DNA of 22,667 nt, from IMG/VR virus record IMGVR_UViG_2778261501_000002, positions 1 through 22,667 of that record; one strand, given 5' to 3'. The DNA comes from a virus (Duplodnaviria; Heunggongvirae; Uroviricota; Caudoviricetes). The notes beneath the pieces are model-generated. The model did no database searches. It was not told the DNA's origin and worked only from the letters and a program-made list of their open reading frames with translations. A program made the translations under genes and the position numbers. This document shows, piece by piece, positions 8,491 through 17,294 of this stretch (position 1 is its first letter; each line of letters begins with the position of its first letter).

Positions 8491-9530
8491 AGGCTGAAGC
8501 ATGGCGGGTCAGCAAACTTGGTGAAATACCTGATATAACGTTCGAGGAAGCGTGTGTCAGGTGGCTTGAAGAGAAAGCACATAAAAAATCGCTGGACGAT
8601 GACAAAAGCCGGATCGGATTCTGGCTTCAACATTTCGCAGGAATGCAACTAAGAGACATTACTGAATCAAAAATTTATTCAGCAATGCAGAAAATGACGA
8701 ACCGGCGTCATGAGGAAAACTGGAAACTCAGGGCAGAAGCATGCAGAAAAAAAGGGAAACCTGTTCCAGAATACACGCCAAAACCAGCGTCCGTTGCAAC
8801 GAAGGCTACGCATCTTTCATTTATAAAGGCCCTACTAAGAGCCGCAGAGCGTGAATGGAAAATGCTGGATAAGGCACCAATTATTAAAGTGCCTCAACCA
8901 AAGAATAAACGGATCCGCTGGCTGGAGCCCCATGAAGCACAAAGGCTGATTGATGAATGTCCGGAGCCATTAAAGTCTGTTGTTGAATTTGCACTGGCAA
9001 CAGGCTTAAGACGCTCGAACATCATCAACCTTGAATGGCAACAAATAGATATGCAGCGCCGGGTGGCATGGATAAACCCGGAAGAGAGTAAATCAAACCG
9101 CGCAATTGGCGTTGCGCTGAATGATACTGCATGTCGCGTATTGAAAAAACAAATCGGGAATCATCACCGTTGGGTATTTGTGTACAAGGAAAGCTGTACC
9201 AAACCAGACGGAACGAAAGCGCCAACAGTAAGGAAGATGCGGTATGACGCAAACACAGCCTGGAAAGCGGCGCTGAGACGGGCTGGTATTGATGATTTCA
9301 GATTTCACGACTTGAGACACACCTGGGCAAGTTGGCTGGTTCAAGCCGGAGTCCCGTTGTCAGTGTTACAGGAAATGGGAGGCTGGGAGTCTATCGAAAT
9401 GGTTCGTCGATATGCTCACCTTGCACCTAATCACCTTACCGAACACGCACGGCAAATAGACTCGATCCTGAACCCATCGGTCCCAAATTTGTCCCAGTCA
9501 AAAAATAAGGAAGGTACTAATGATGTGTAA
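8367..9530 (+). CDS. int: Tyrosine integrase (lambdoid P22/DLP12-type)
   Basis: 387-aa ORF, GAGGA SD 6 nt upstream of ATG 8367; conserved HDLRHTW and RRYAHL catalytic motifs; strong resemblance to enterobacterial prophage integrases as recalled. Confidence 0.92.
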
Positions 9531-9702
9531 CTTATTGATTTTAATGGTGCCGATAATAGGAGTGTAACACGCGATAAATCTTGTGTTCGGGTCTTCTTCT
9601 ACGACCTTCGCAACTACCTGATTTAACGATTTTTACGCACACTGATAATCTGGCATTCATCATGCACATGATAAACGCCCCTAAACTTTAACGGGGTGGA
9701 AA

Positions 9703-10926
9703 ATGAAATACAAGCCGGATCAATACATCATATCTGATAGTTACGGAGTTTATTACGTCAGGATTTCAATTCCTGTATGGCTTCGTAATGCATTTGGTGG
9801 AAGAAAAACTCTCGTCCGTAGTCTGAACACTTCCGATCTTCGTGTGGCTCGTAGGAAGCGTGATGTTATAGCCGACGAATTTCACCACATCAGGCAAATT
9901 GCAGAGCCGCCAAAACCGGACAGCTTGCAGGACACGATCAGCTTTTTAAAGAGCGTGGCTAAGTACGCGAAAGCTGCCCCGAAAGCATCAGCTCCGATTA
10001 TCTACCAATGCCCCTCTCTGAATAAGATGTTAGAGATTTACCTCACGCATAACGCTGATCGCCTGAAAATGGGAACATTAAGCAAGACCAGAAAAGCCGT
10101 TGAACTGTTCCTGAATTACCTGCGAAAGAAGGATGTTGAACTAAACGATATCAACCGTACCACCGTTACAGGCTGGCTTGATCATCTCCGAGAGACAAAG
10201 GCAGTCCAGACAGTGGCTAACTACCTATCAGCAATGGCAAACATTCTCGATCTTGCCTCTTCCCGATACCAGGACGCCCCACCGCTGGAAACTAACGTGT
10301 TCAGGGGGCATAAACTCAACACAGCGCAGAGCCGCCAGAGTTACGAGGCATTCACGGACGAAGAAATTACGAAGCTCATTAGCACGTTTAACAAGTTAGG
10401 AGAGGACGAATTAAGGGATGTGAGCGCCATCGCCGCTTATAGCGGAATGCGCATCAATGAAATAGCCAGTTTGAAATCTGACAATATCCGTGAAGTTGAG
10501 GGGGTGTTATGTTTCGAGGTGACGGAGGGTAAGACACGCAATGCGGCGCGGTTGGTTCCACTTCATAGTGCGATTAGAAAAATGGTTCTGGAACGCTGCC
10601 AGAAGCCGCACAACGGCTTTTTATTCTACCGTGCAAGTGTGACCAAGAGACAGGACGGCAAGCGCTCCTCATGGCACGTAAACCGCTTTGGACGGCTTAA
10701 ACGCGATATTCTCCCAGGGCAGGAAAACAAGGTGTTTCACTCGTACCGCCATGCAGTGATCAGTAAGCTAAACGCCGCCGGAGTGGATGAATCTCGTATT
10801 GCCTTGCTCGCGGGTCACTCATTTGGAGAAACTGAGTCTTTCAAGACGTATTCGAAGAGTGTTCCTGAGCGTATTATGAAGGAGTTAGCGGGGTATATTG
10901 AATTAATAAATTACAACGTCCAGTAA
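9703..10926 (+). CDS. Tyrosine recombinase/integrase (second, distinct integrase)
   Basis: 407-aa ORF; catalytic motifs MRINEIASL (box I Arg), HSYRH, GHSF, and Tyr in FKTYSK; unrelated in sequence to the upstream integrase. Confidence 0.85.
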   Translation: MKYKPDQYIISDSYGVYYVRISIPVWLRNAFGGRKTLVRSLNTSDLRVARRKRDVIADEFHHIRQIAEPPKPDSLQDTISFLKSVAKYAKAAPKASAPIIYQCPSLNKMLEIYLTHNADRLKMGTLSKTRKAVELFLNYLRKKDVELNDINRTTVTGWLDHLRETKAVQTVANYLSAMANILDLASSRYQDAPPLETNVFRGHKLNTAQSRQSYEAFTDEEITKLISTFNKLGEDELRDVSAIAAYSGMRINEIASLKSDNIREVEGVLCFEVTEGKTRNAARLVPLHSAIRKMVLERCQKPHNGFLFYRASVTKRQDGKRSSWHVNRFGRLKRDILPGQENKVFHSYRHAVISKLNAAGVDESRIALLAGHSFGETESFKTYSKSVPERIMKELAGYIELINYNVQ

Positions 10927-10931
10927 TTAAG

Positions 10932-10950
10932 GGGGGATTATACATCCCCC
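10932..10950. terminator. Hairpin between convergent genes (bidirectional terminator candidate)
   Basis: GGGGGAT-tatac-ATCCCCC, 7-bp stem, between the integrase stop (10926) and the 92-aa gene stop (10957); T-rich flank on the minus-strand side. Confidence 0.45.
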
Positions 10951-10956
10951 GATAAC

Positions 10957-11235
10957 TCATTTATTCCATTCGTTTTGAATTTGATTCTCAACTGCTGGCA
11001 AAAGGTTATACCAGGAAGCAGAGTTATTCTTAGCATCAACAACAATCAACTTATCATCGCTATCCATCGCTGCCCGAACTTTTCTGGCAGCCTCTTCAAC
11101 CGAATAATTCGAATTTACGTACCAGTTCGACTCGGTAACTTTTGCCCAGTTGCCCAAGGCCTTGATAGCATCATGCACAGCAGCATAATCTTTGGTTTTG
11201 ATCAAGTCATAGGTTACAAACAAGTTGTTAGCCAT
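10957..11235 (-). CDS. Hypothetical protein (92 aa)
   Basis: GGAGAG SD 6 nt upstream of ATG 11233-11235; alternating strand/helix pattern suggests a small alpha/beta fold; no family recognised. Confidence 0.5.
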   Translation of the reverse strand: MANNLFVTYDLIKTKDYAAVHDAIKALGNWAKVTESNWYVNSNYSVEEAARKVRAAMDSDDKLIVVDAKNNSASWYNLLPAVENQIQNEWNK

Positions 11236-11293
11236 TTAATTCTCTCCAGACATTCAAATGAATAAGCACCGCTATGGGCACTTTGAGATATTT

Positions 11294-11422
11294 TTATTTC
11301 TTAGCTTTCTTGGTAGGGATTTTGATAGTTTCAGTTATCGTAGTATCAGGATGTCGTTTAGCTTCAATGGGCTTAACAAACTGACCAGTTATCGCAGAAC
11401 GAACTACTGTTTTCTTAGCCAT
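11294..11422 (-). CDS. Hypothetical small basic protein (42 aa)
   Basis: GAGGTG SD 5 nt upstream of ATG 11420-11422; lysine-rich; not in the supplied track (under 60 aa). Confidence 0.35.
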   Translation of the reverse strand: MAKKTVVRSAITGQFVKPIEAKRHPDTTITETIKIPTKKAKK

Positions 11423-11573
11423 AAAAACACCTCATCTTGGAGATAAAGAGTGAACTGCTTACCCTTTTAAGGGTAAGGGACAAACGAAGCGGCGTCAAAG
11501 AAAAACACCACATATACACATCCTTTACAAACCGAGCGCAATATGTGGTATTCCCATGTGATTTACATCACAA

Positions 11574-13424
11574 TCATCCCCCTGTGGATGACTGACCGCT
11601 CAAGGCTGATAGCGTAAGGCTACGAGTGAATGAATCCGCACTCGCTTTTGCAGACCAGTCGATATAGTCAGACAATCGAGAAACATCACTTTGCAGAGTC
11701 AATCCCACTTGTGGATTCACTTGTAGGTTGAATATCGGGTTCAACGTGTACGCTGGCGCGTTGCTGCTGTTGAGCGACATTGCCGAAGCACGGAGATTTT
11801 CCCCTGAAAGGCTGTATTGATTAGTCGCTGTCCCTGCTTGCTGATTACCAACGCCCAACCAATCCATGATAGCCGGAGCCACTGAACGGGTATCAAACCC
11901 CGTTTTATCCTGAATCCAATCGGCCGTAGCATTCGCAGAGCCACCCACAGCACCATCATAAAGATTTTGAACAGCAGGTTTCTTAGTATCGCTAAACCAT
12001 TCAGGGTGTTGTTGGCGGAGAGTACTGTTAAGATCAGACACTACGCTGGAGATTTCTCCAACAAAGCCCGTCACCTGTTTAGCCAGGTCGCCTAATCCCT
12101 CTCCGAGCATACCAGCAGATTCTGTTATCACTTTGGTGTTCTTCACCAGGTCGTCACCACCATCAGCAAAGCCTTTCATAAAGCCTGTAAACATGCTGTT
12201 ATCAACGCCATTCATGAGATTACCCATCGCTACACTCAGATCACCATATGCAAGAGTTTGCTTGATCTGCTCCTCGTTAAGAGTTTGACCACTATCGACA
12301 AGCTGTTTCAGCGTCTTGTTATATTCTGCACCGTTGTTCATGAACATATCGGTGTAGTGCATCAGGTCATCACCTAAACTCTCTATAAGCGTACCAATCT
12401 GAGCCTGTGACATACCACGGCGTTGCCCTTCATTGGTAACTGCTTGAAGTAGATCAGCAGGACGATCCTGGAAGGATTTAATCTGTTCTTTGCCCCATCC
12501 AAACTTATTCATAATAGAAGTGATACCACCATCGCCGCCTTTCCATTCGCCATTTTTAAACTGGCTATCGTTCAGGGTCATAGCGATACGTTCACGTACA
12601 TCTTTGAAATTGTCCGTCACTTTATCGACATTGGCGCTATCAACTCCGTGTTGCTGCCCCCATGCCACCATCGTTTTAACTACGTTAGGATTAGTCTTAA
12701 CAAGTTCCGATTTTCTAACCAAGTCAAGATTTTCATTCCCTTTGTCAACAATTCGCTGCCCCACTCCGAGGGAGCCAGCCGTTAACGCAAGGCTTCCTAA
12801 TACCCCACCACCGACGATAGGAGCATTCCCGCCCTTCTGAGCCTTTAGCTTAGTGGCTGCTGCGGCATACTGGGTACGCTGTGCCTGTGTCACTTTCGCT
12901 TGTTGTGCGGCTTCTCTGCGTAACAGGGTTACACGCTCGCGTATAAGCGCATTCATACGTTGAGAGCTAATATTCCCCTTCGCAAACTCTTCGCTTTGCT
13001 GATGAATATAACGTAACGCTTCATACTGAGATTTAGGATCAAGCCCGTATTTACCTTTAATTCCTGACACTTGTAGCCCTGCATGGCGAAGTTTAAGCTC
13101 GGCTGTCTCTTGGCGCTTCTGTAGCTGCTGCTTCGCTTTCAGATTGGCCTTTTCATCCCTGGCTTTCTGCTTCTCCGCCGCACGTTGGGCTTTCATTTCC
13201 TTCGTATCACGAGGCTTATCATTAAAACGTGCATCATCGGCTTGTTGACGGGCTTTCTGTCTGCGCTGCTTCAGATCCTGGAAGCGAATCTTGGGATCGG
13301 CTATTTTCTGGAAGTGCTTTTGAAGGTTATCCGCTGCGGCCTTAGCCTCTGCAATACTCCCTTTGTCAACGGTGAAAGTTACGGTGTTGACGATCTTACT
13401 TGTATTAATCTCAAGCATCGCCAC
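11574..13424 (-). CDS. Phage tail tape-measure-like protein
   Basis: 616-aa ORF with a long charged coiled-coil N-terminal region and Gly-rich hydrophobic segments (GGGVLGSLALTAGSLGVGQ). Start is ambiguous: GTG 13424 or ATG 13418. Confidence 0.45.
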   Translation of the reverse strand: MAMLEINTSKIVNTVTFTVDKGSIAEAKAAADNLQKHFQKIADPKIRFQDLKQRRQKARQQADDARFNDKPRDTKEMKAQRAAEKQKARDEKANLKAKQQLQKRQETAELKLRHAGLQVSGIKGKYGLDPKSQYEALRYIHQQSEEFAKGNISSQRMNALIRERVTLLRREAAQQAKVTQAQRTQYAAAATKLKAQKGGNAPIVGGGVLGSLALTAGSLGVGQRIVDKGNENLDLVRKSELVKTNPNVVKTMVAWGQQHGVDSANVDKVTDNFKDVRERIAMTLNDSQFKNGEWKGGDGGITSIMNKFGWGKEQIKSFQDRPADLLQAVTNEGQRRGMSQAQIGTLIESLGDDLMHYTDMFMNNGAEYNKTLKQLVDSGQTLNEEQIKQTLAYGDLSVAMGNLMNGVDNSMFTGFMKGFADGGDDLVKNTKVITESAGMLGEGLGDLAKQVTGFVGEISSVVSDLNSTLRQQHPEWFSDTKKPAVQNLYDGAVGGSANATADWIQDKTGFDTRSVAPAIMDWLGVGNQQAGTATNQYSLSGENLRASAMSLNSSNAPAYTLNPIFNLQVNPQVGLTLQSDVSRLSDYIDWSAKASADSFTRSLTLSALSGQSSTGG

Positions 13425-13608
13425 CGCCTTTTTTACTCACCAGATAATTAAGTGCATCTGATACACTACGCCCACGATGTAATAACTGACGTAGATGACC
13501 GTGATCTATTTCAAGCACACGACACACTCCCGCCAGATTTAATAACTCTTCTGCTGTTTCAGCATTTACGGCGAGGTGAAGCCCCGCGCTTTTTACAATC
13601 ACTTGCAT
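13411..13608 (-). CDS. Hypothetical protein (65 aa)
   Basis: GAGGAA SD 6 nt upstream of ATG 13606-13608; stop overlaps the start of the tape-measure-like gene. Confidence 0.4.
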   Translation of the reverse strand: MQVIVKSAGLHLAVNAETAEELLNLAGVCRVLEIDHGHLRQLLHRGRSVSDALNYLVSKKGGGDA

Positions 13609-13630
13609 TTATCTTTCCTCATTCTGGAAA

Positions 13631-13665
13631 TAAAAAAGGGCGGGAACACTGGGGAGATGTTCCCA
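13631..13665 (-). terminator. Rho-independent terminator downstream of the capsid gene
   Basis: On the minus strand: GGGAACA stem with 10-nt loop, then GCCC and TTTTTTATTT. Confidence 0.5.
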
Positions 13666-13727
13666 ACGTTCACACGCCCTATTCAATAGCCTGATTATTT
13701 CCAGCGGGTCAGGCTCCCGCTTGCTCA

Positions 13728-14759
13728 TTAAGCAGTGATGGTGATCTTCACCTGCATACCTAACGCATGGTTCACTGGTAATGCGCTGTTTTCGTGCATA
13801 ACGTGGTAAGCATCGCCGCGCTCGCTCAGGTAGCCCCAAGAGTAGTATTCAGCAGGTGCAGCATCGATCAGCGCAAAGTTACCAGAGGCAGCGCCGTAGA
13901 TGTTCTGATAAGCATTTGTGCCTTTACTGAACACCGGAACCGCCACCATGTCAGCATCATCTGGCATCTGTGCAAGGATCAGCGGATCTGTCACTTTAAC
14001 AATGTCGATAGGCGCACCAGGTAGGCTAAACGTACTAACACCAGGGAGAAGCTCGTGACGCTGGTAGAATAGGTTACGGTCGTCATATGGCGCTACATAC
14101 TGGAACGCCTTAGACATACTGTCAGAGAAGCGAATCTGGCTAAATGCAGCAGGTTTAGCGAATACGATCACTCGTTCAATCTGTCCAGCCAATCCACCTG
14201 CGGCAGCCTGAACTTTGTCTAAGATCGCATCAAAATCCTGTGCCGCTGTCGCTGTGCTCACGCTGGCTGTCATTGGCACCACACCGAACAGTTCAGCATA
14301 AGAGATCAGTAGGTCATCAGTTGCAGGCGTATAAACTTCACCTTTGAACAGAGCACGGGCCAGGTAAGACTCACGGGTACGCAGATAAGCAATCTTATGT
14401 TTGCCAGTGTATTCGGTGTACAGGTCGGTAACGGTTTGCTCGTAGTCCGTTCCCTGCACTCTGCGGCCTTGTACGTCTACAGGTTTAAACTCATCTTCCC
14501 TTGCAAACCAAGGAATCTCGATAAGGTATTCTTTGCCATTCTGACGCGCGGTAGTGTCGTGGTTTGATGAATAACGGCTCTGCGGGGTGTTAAACAGGCT
14601 GTAGTTATCATCCAGAAGCTGTGTCACCACCACTTTCGGATTCTGAACACCTACCCCGTCGAATAGGTCGAGGGCATTCATAAGATAGTTACGTTCCGGC
14701 AGAGCCTGGAAGATTGGCGCTAAATCGACCATCTCACGCCCAATTGCGATTTTACTCAT
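13728..14759 (-). CDS. Phage major capsid protein, lambda gpE-like
   Basis: 343-aa ORF, AAGGAAG SD; size and C-terminal pattern (WGYLSERGDAYHVMHENSALP) resemble the lambda gpE family as recalled; preceded by a roughly 110-120-aa gene as in the lambda D-E arrangement. Confidence 0.5.
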   Translation of the reverse strand: MSKIAIGREMVDLAPIFQALPERNYLMNALDLFDGVGVQNPKVVVTQLLDDNYSLFNTPQSRYSSNHDTTARQNGKEYLIEIPWFAREDEFKPVDVQGRRVQGTDYEQTVTDLYTEYTGKHKIAYLRTRESYLARALFKGEVYTPATDDLLISYAELFGVVPMTASVSTATAAQDFDAILDKVQAAAGGLAGQIERVIVFAKPAAFSQIRFSDSMSKAFQYVAPYDDRNLFYQRHELLPGVSTFSLPGAPIDIVKVTDPLILAQMPDDADMVAVPVFSKGTNAYQNIYGAASGNFALIDAAPAEYYSWGYLSERGDAYHVMHENSALPVNHALGMQVKITITA

Positions 14760-14775
14760 TATTTATCTTCCTTGA

Positions 14776-15135
14776 TTAAGAGGTGAAGAATGGACGGCAT
14801 ACGAACCCTTTGGATTCGAGCGTGGTGATAGCTGCGGCGTGATTAGCTGCGTGCAGGTTGTCGGCTTTCAGTGCTACGAAGCTACCAACATTAGGCGCAC
14901 GTAGGACATTCACGGTTTTACCGTCGCCAGCACTCACGAAATCACTTACCACCACAAAGGCATCATCGCCGGAGGTGTATAGAGCGCCATCAGCGCCGAT
15001 AACATCGCCGCATTCAATATCTGCTGGCAGGTCGAAAACACGGCCTTCTACGACTGCAAAAGAATCAGTGGCGTAGCTCAATACGTCAGTGAAACTCTTA
15101 CGAATTGGGAAAAGTTCGGTTAGGTCTACAATCAT
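14776..15135 (-). CDS. Putative head decoration-like protein (119 aa)
   Basis: Position and size relative to the capsid gene; ATGA overlap with the upstream 71-aa gene. Assigned from gene order only. Confidence 0.3.
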   Translation of the reverse strand: MIVDLTELFPIRKSFTDVLSYATDSFAVVEGRVFDLPADIECGDVIGADGALYTSGDDAFVVVSDFVSAGDGKTVNVLRAPNVGSFVALKADNLHAANHAAAITTLESKGFVCRPFFTS

Positions 15136-15347
15136 TGTTGTTTGATTTCCTTGGATTTGATTGCGATCCGTTCCTGCATACTAAGTTGAGGTGTGTCCTC
15201 AGAAGGGAAATACTGGTCTACAGCTTTTTCTATTTCTTCAACGGTACATCCTGCCATTTCAGCCACTTTAGCTATTAACTCAGGATTAACTTGAATCACT
15301 TCGGATTTGTATTTTAGGATTCGGTCGCGATTGTTTATTAAGAACAT
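15132..15347 (-). CDS. Hypothetical protein (71 aa), first gene of the head-gene operon
   Basis: AAGGAA SD 7 nt upstream of ATG 15345-15347; translationally coupled to the next gene. Confidence 0.4.
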   Translation of the reverse strand: MFLINNRDRILKYKSEVIQVNPELIAKVAEMAGCTVEEIEKAVDQYFPSEDTPQLSMQERIAIKSKEIKQQ

Positions 15348-15415
15348 TGTGTTGTTCCTTCGCGTTATAACTGCGTTTATCCTTCCATTGATAACGGAAG
15401 TGTTACATGCAGATT

Positions 15416-15440
15416 GTTAAAAAGGGGCGATTAAGCCCCT
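15416..15440 (-). terminator. Rho-independent terminator candidate
   Basis: On the minus strand: AGGGGC-uuaauc-GCCCCU followed by UUUUAAC. Confidence 0.4.
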
Positions 15441-15732
15441 GGAGAATATGCCCTTGTTAGAAAGCATTCTGTTAAAATCATTTTCGTTTCGGAGGATTAT
15501 GATGTTAAAGAATGGCTTCTTGAAAAAATGAAGGGTGCAACTGTTACGAATAACAGAAGTAGGATCGCCCGTCATTGCTCCCACTTCAAAACAGAAGCCC
15601 TTCTGTCATGGCGAGAAGTGGGAATGGAATCTCAATATCACCACTGGAATAGTAATAAGAGATTGCCAGCCTGAACGTAACTACCGCTGACGGCGTTTAT
15701 TCAGTCTGACTACATTCATCCTAACGGAATGA

Positions 15733-15966
15733 ATGAGCAAAGAGCGAATGCCCTTTCTGAAAAAGTCGGAGATGCGCGGTGATTGCGATGCAATACCAAC
15801 ACAACGAGATATTACATCCCGCGCATTCCTTCGGAACAAACAAGACAAAGAACCAACACTTTCAGAAATAGCATTCAGAGGGAGAGAATGCCGCTATGGG
15901 AACGGCATTCTCAAGGAGTGCGTATTGACATACGAGGGTGAAGTGATTCGAATACTTACCCTATAA
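15733..15966 (+). CDS. Hypothetical ORF (77 aa), weakly supported
   Basis: Open frame with only a weak SD; convergent with the gene at 16014-16352. Confidence 0.2.
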   Translation: MSKERMPFLKKSEMRGDCDAIPTQRDITSRAFLRNKQDKEPTLSEIAFRGRECRYGNGILKECVLTYEGEVIRILTL

Positions 15967-16013
15967 CTCATTATGACACATATAGCACATAATGTCAAGA
16001 CATTTAGTAACTT

Positions 16014-16352
16014 TTATGTTATGGCGCATTCTTCCGCGATCTGGATGGAAAGCTCTCCGAGTTCAACGGTGATGTATTGCAGAGAGCAAGCAAGCTCCTC
16101 AAGGTCATTAGCTACACGCCACGCTTCTTCTGGTGTGATCGAACTGCCGTCACGCTGCACCAAACGAGCTACAGACGTTTGCAGATGTTCAAGGGCAGTG
16201 ATTGCCTGTTCAGTGTATTGCACCGCTTCCAGAAGCGCGGAGGGCGTTCTCTCACGCCACGCTGCATTAACAAGCTGTAAGGTTGGTAAATGCCAGTTGT
16301 CGTGGAAAGAGTTAATTAGGGTGTTCACTGTGTCCATAGTTTTATTATTCAT
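16014..16352 (-). CDS. Hypothetical protein (~112 aa)
   Basis: AGGAAAA SD upstream of ATG 16350-16352, which overlaps the stop of the upstream 127-aa gene; the track's longer 144-aa start at 16448 is less likely. Confidence 0.4.
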   Translation of the reverse strand: MNNKTMDTVNTLINSFHDNWHLPTLQLVNAAWRERTPSALLEAVQYTEQAITALEHLQTSVARLVQRDGSSITPEEAWRVANDLEELACSLQYITVELGELSIQIAEECAIT

Positions 16353-16728
16353 TGTTTTCCTTGTCGTCAAAGAGAATATCAAACTCTTGTGTGTGCTGGG
16401 ATAGCCCCCAGGTTTGACAATACCCAATATAATCGGCGTAATGTTCAAATCCTGCTATTTGCCATTTCTTGAGATGGCTACTATCTATAATATATTCGCG
16501 TCTGCGTCGTGGTTTGTAATAAACGTTATCCGTTGACGATAGAACATCCTGCAATAGTTCAAACTCTAATCCATTTGGTACTACTGCGGGATATTCTTTA
16601 ATAGTTGTCACCATCTCACCAGGAATAGACTCTCGTGCGAGGTCTTGTAGAGAAGAGGTGTATTTACGTTTGCTGATGCGTGTGGCTTTTTCGATTCTAA
16701 CAAGGTTACTTCGTTCTTTTCGTCCCAT
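16345..16728 (-). CDS. Hypothetical protein (127 aa)
   Basis: GAGGAA SD upstream of ATG 16726-16728; basic N-terminus. Confidence 0.45.
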   Translation of the reverse strand: MGRKERSNLVRIEKATRISKRKYTSSLQDLARESIPGEMVTTIKEYPAVVPNGLEFELLQDVLSSTDNVYYKPRRRREYIIDSSHLKKWQIAGFEHYADYIGYCQTWGLSQHTQEFDILFDDKENNE

Positions 16729-16832
16729 TCATTCCTCGTAGAGGGGAAACTCCTTGTCTGGTTATAACGTAAACGCCATAGAATATGGTGAACCACCATA
16801 AAGCAGTAATCATAAAAGTTTCCCGATTGTTG

Positions 16833-17294
16833 TTATTTAGTCGTAAGTGTAATGTCGCATCCTTTACCGCGACCAGGTTTGATTAACGTAGTAGTTAGAT
16901 AATCATTGCGGCGAAGCTTGCGAATCGCACTGGATACAGTTGCCACACTTATCCCCAACACTATCGCTATTGACTCCTGTTTCACATTTGTTAATGATGG
17001 CAGTGATTCGAGGTGCATTAATACCAGACGTTCCGAAGGAGACAGATTCTTATCGTGAAGATGTGGGGATGTCATTTTACATTCTATCTCTTTCGGTGGC
17101 TTCATCGCTGCATTGAATAGCGTAACAAGAGCATTAGCGTAACTTGATTCACCTCGCTCAGCGTAAACATCTACAAGTTCTTGCGCTTGTTCGAATGCAA
17201 CACCTCTTTCAACTTCTGGATTTAATAAACTGGCAAGATGGATGATGTTAAGATCACGTTCGTTGTATTGTTTGGGTATAACCGTTTTCAGCAT
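16833..17294 (-). CDS. HTH-domain protein (153 aa), putative regulator or replication-associated
   Basis: C-terminal winged-helix-like segment (VKQESIAIVLGISVATVSSAIRKLRRNDYL); start overlaps the upstream gene's stop. Confidence 0.5.
   Translation of the reverse strand: MLKTVIPKQYNERDLNIIHLASLLNPEVERGVAFEQAQELVDVYAERGESSYANALVTLFNAAMKPPKEIECKMTSPHLHDKNLSPSERLVLMHLESLPSLTNVKQESIAIVLGISVATVSSAIRKLRRNDYLTTTLIKPGRGKGCDITLTTK

Larger units (their letters stand above)
1..9702. mobile_element. Defective e14-like lambdoid prophage remnant (element A); left end may extend beyond the window
   Basis: Contiguous invertase, tail remnants, truncated terminase, immunity region and xis-int; multiple deletion scars; att expected just 3' of int (9531-9702). 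Confidence 0.65.

Noticed and set aside
9531-9702. tRNA gene as integration target between the two integrases
   Set aside because: No T-loop (GTTCRANYC) or cloverleaf-compatible sequence on either strand in this 172-bp spacer or elsewhere in the window.
10975-11446. Plus-strand ORFs of 96 and 62 aa
   Set aside because: Antisense to the SD-supported minus-strand 92-aa and 42-aa genes; hydrophobic low-complexity translations.
12490-12840. 116-aa plus-strand ORF inside the tape-measure-like gene
   Set aside because: Antisense shadow frame of the 616-aa ORF; Pro/Ser/Thr-rich.
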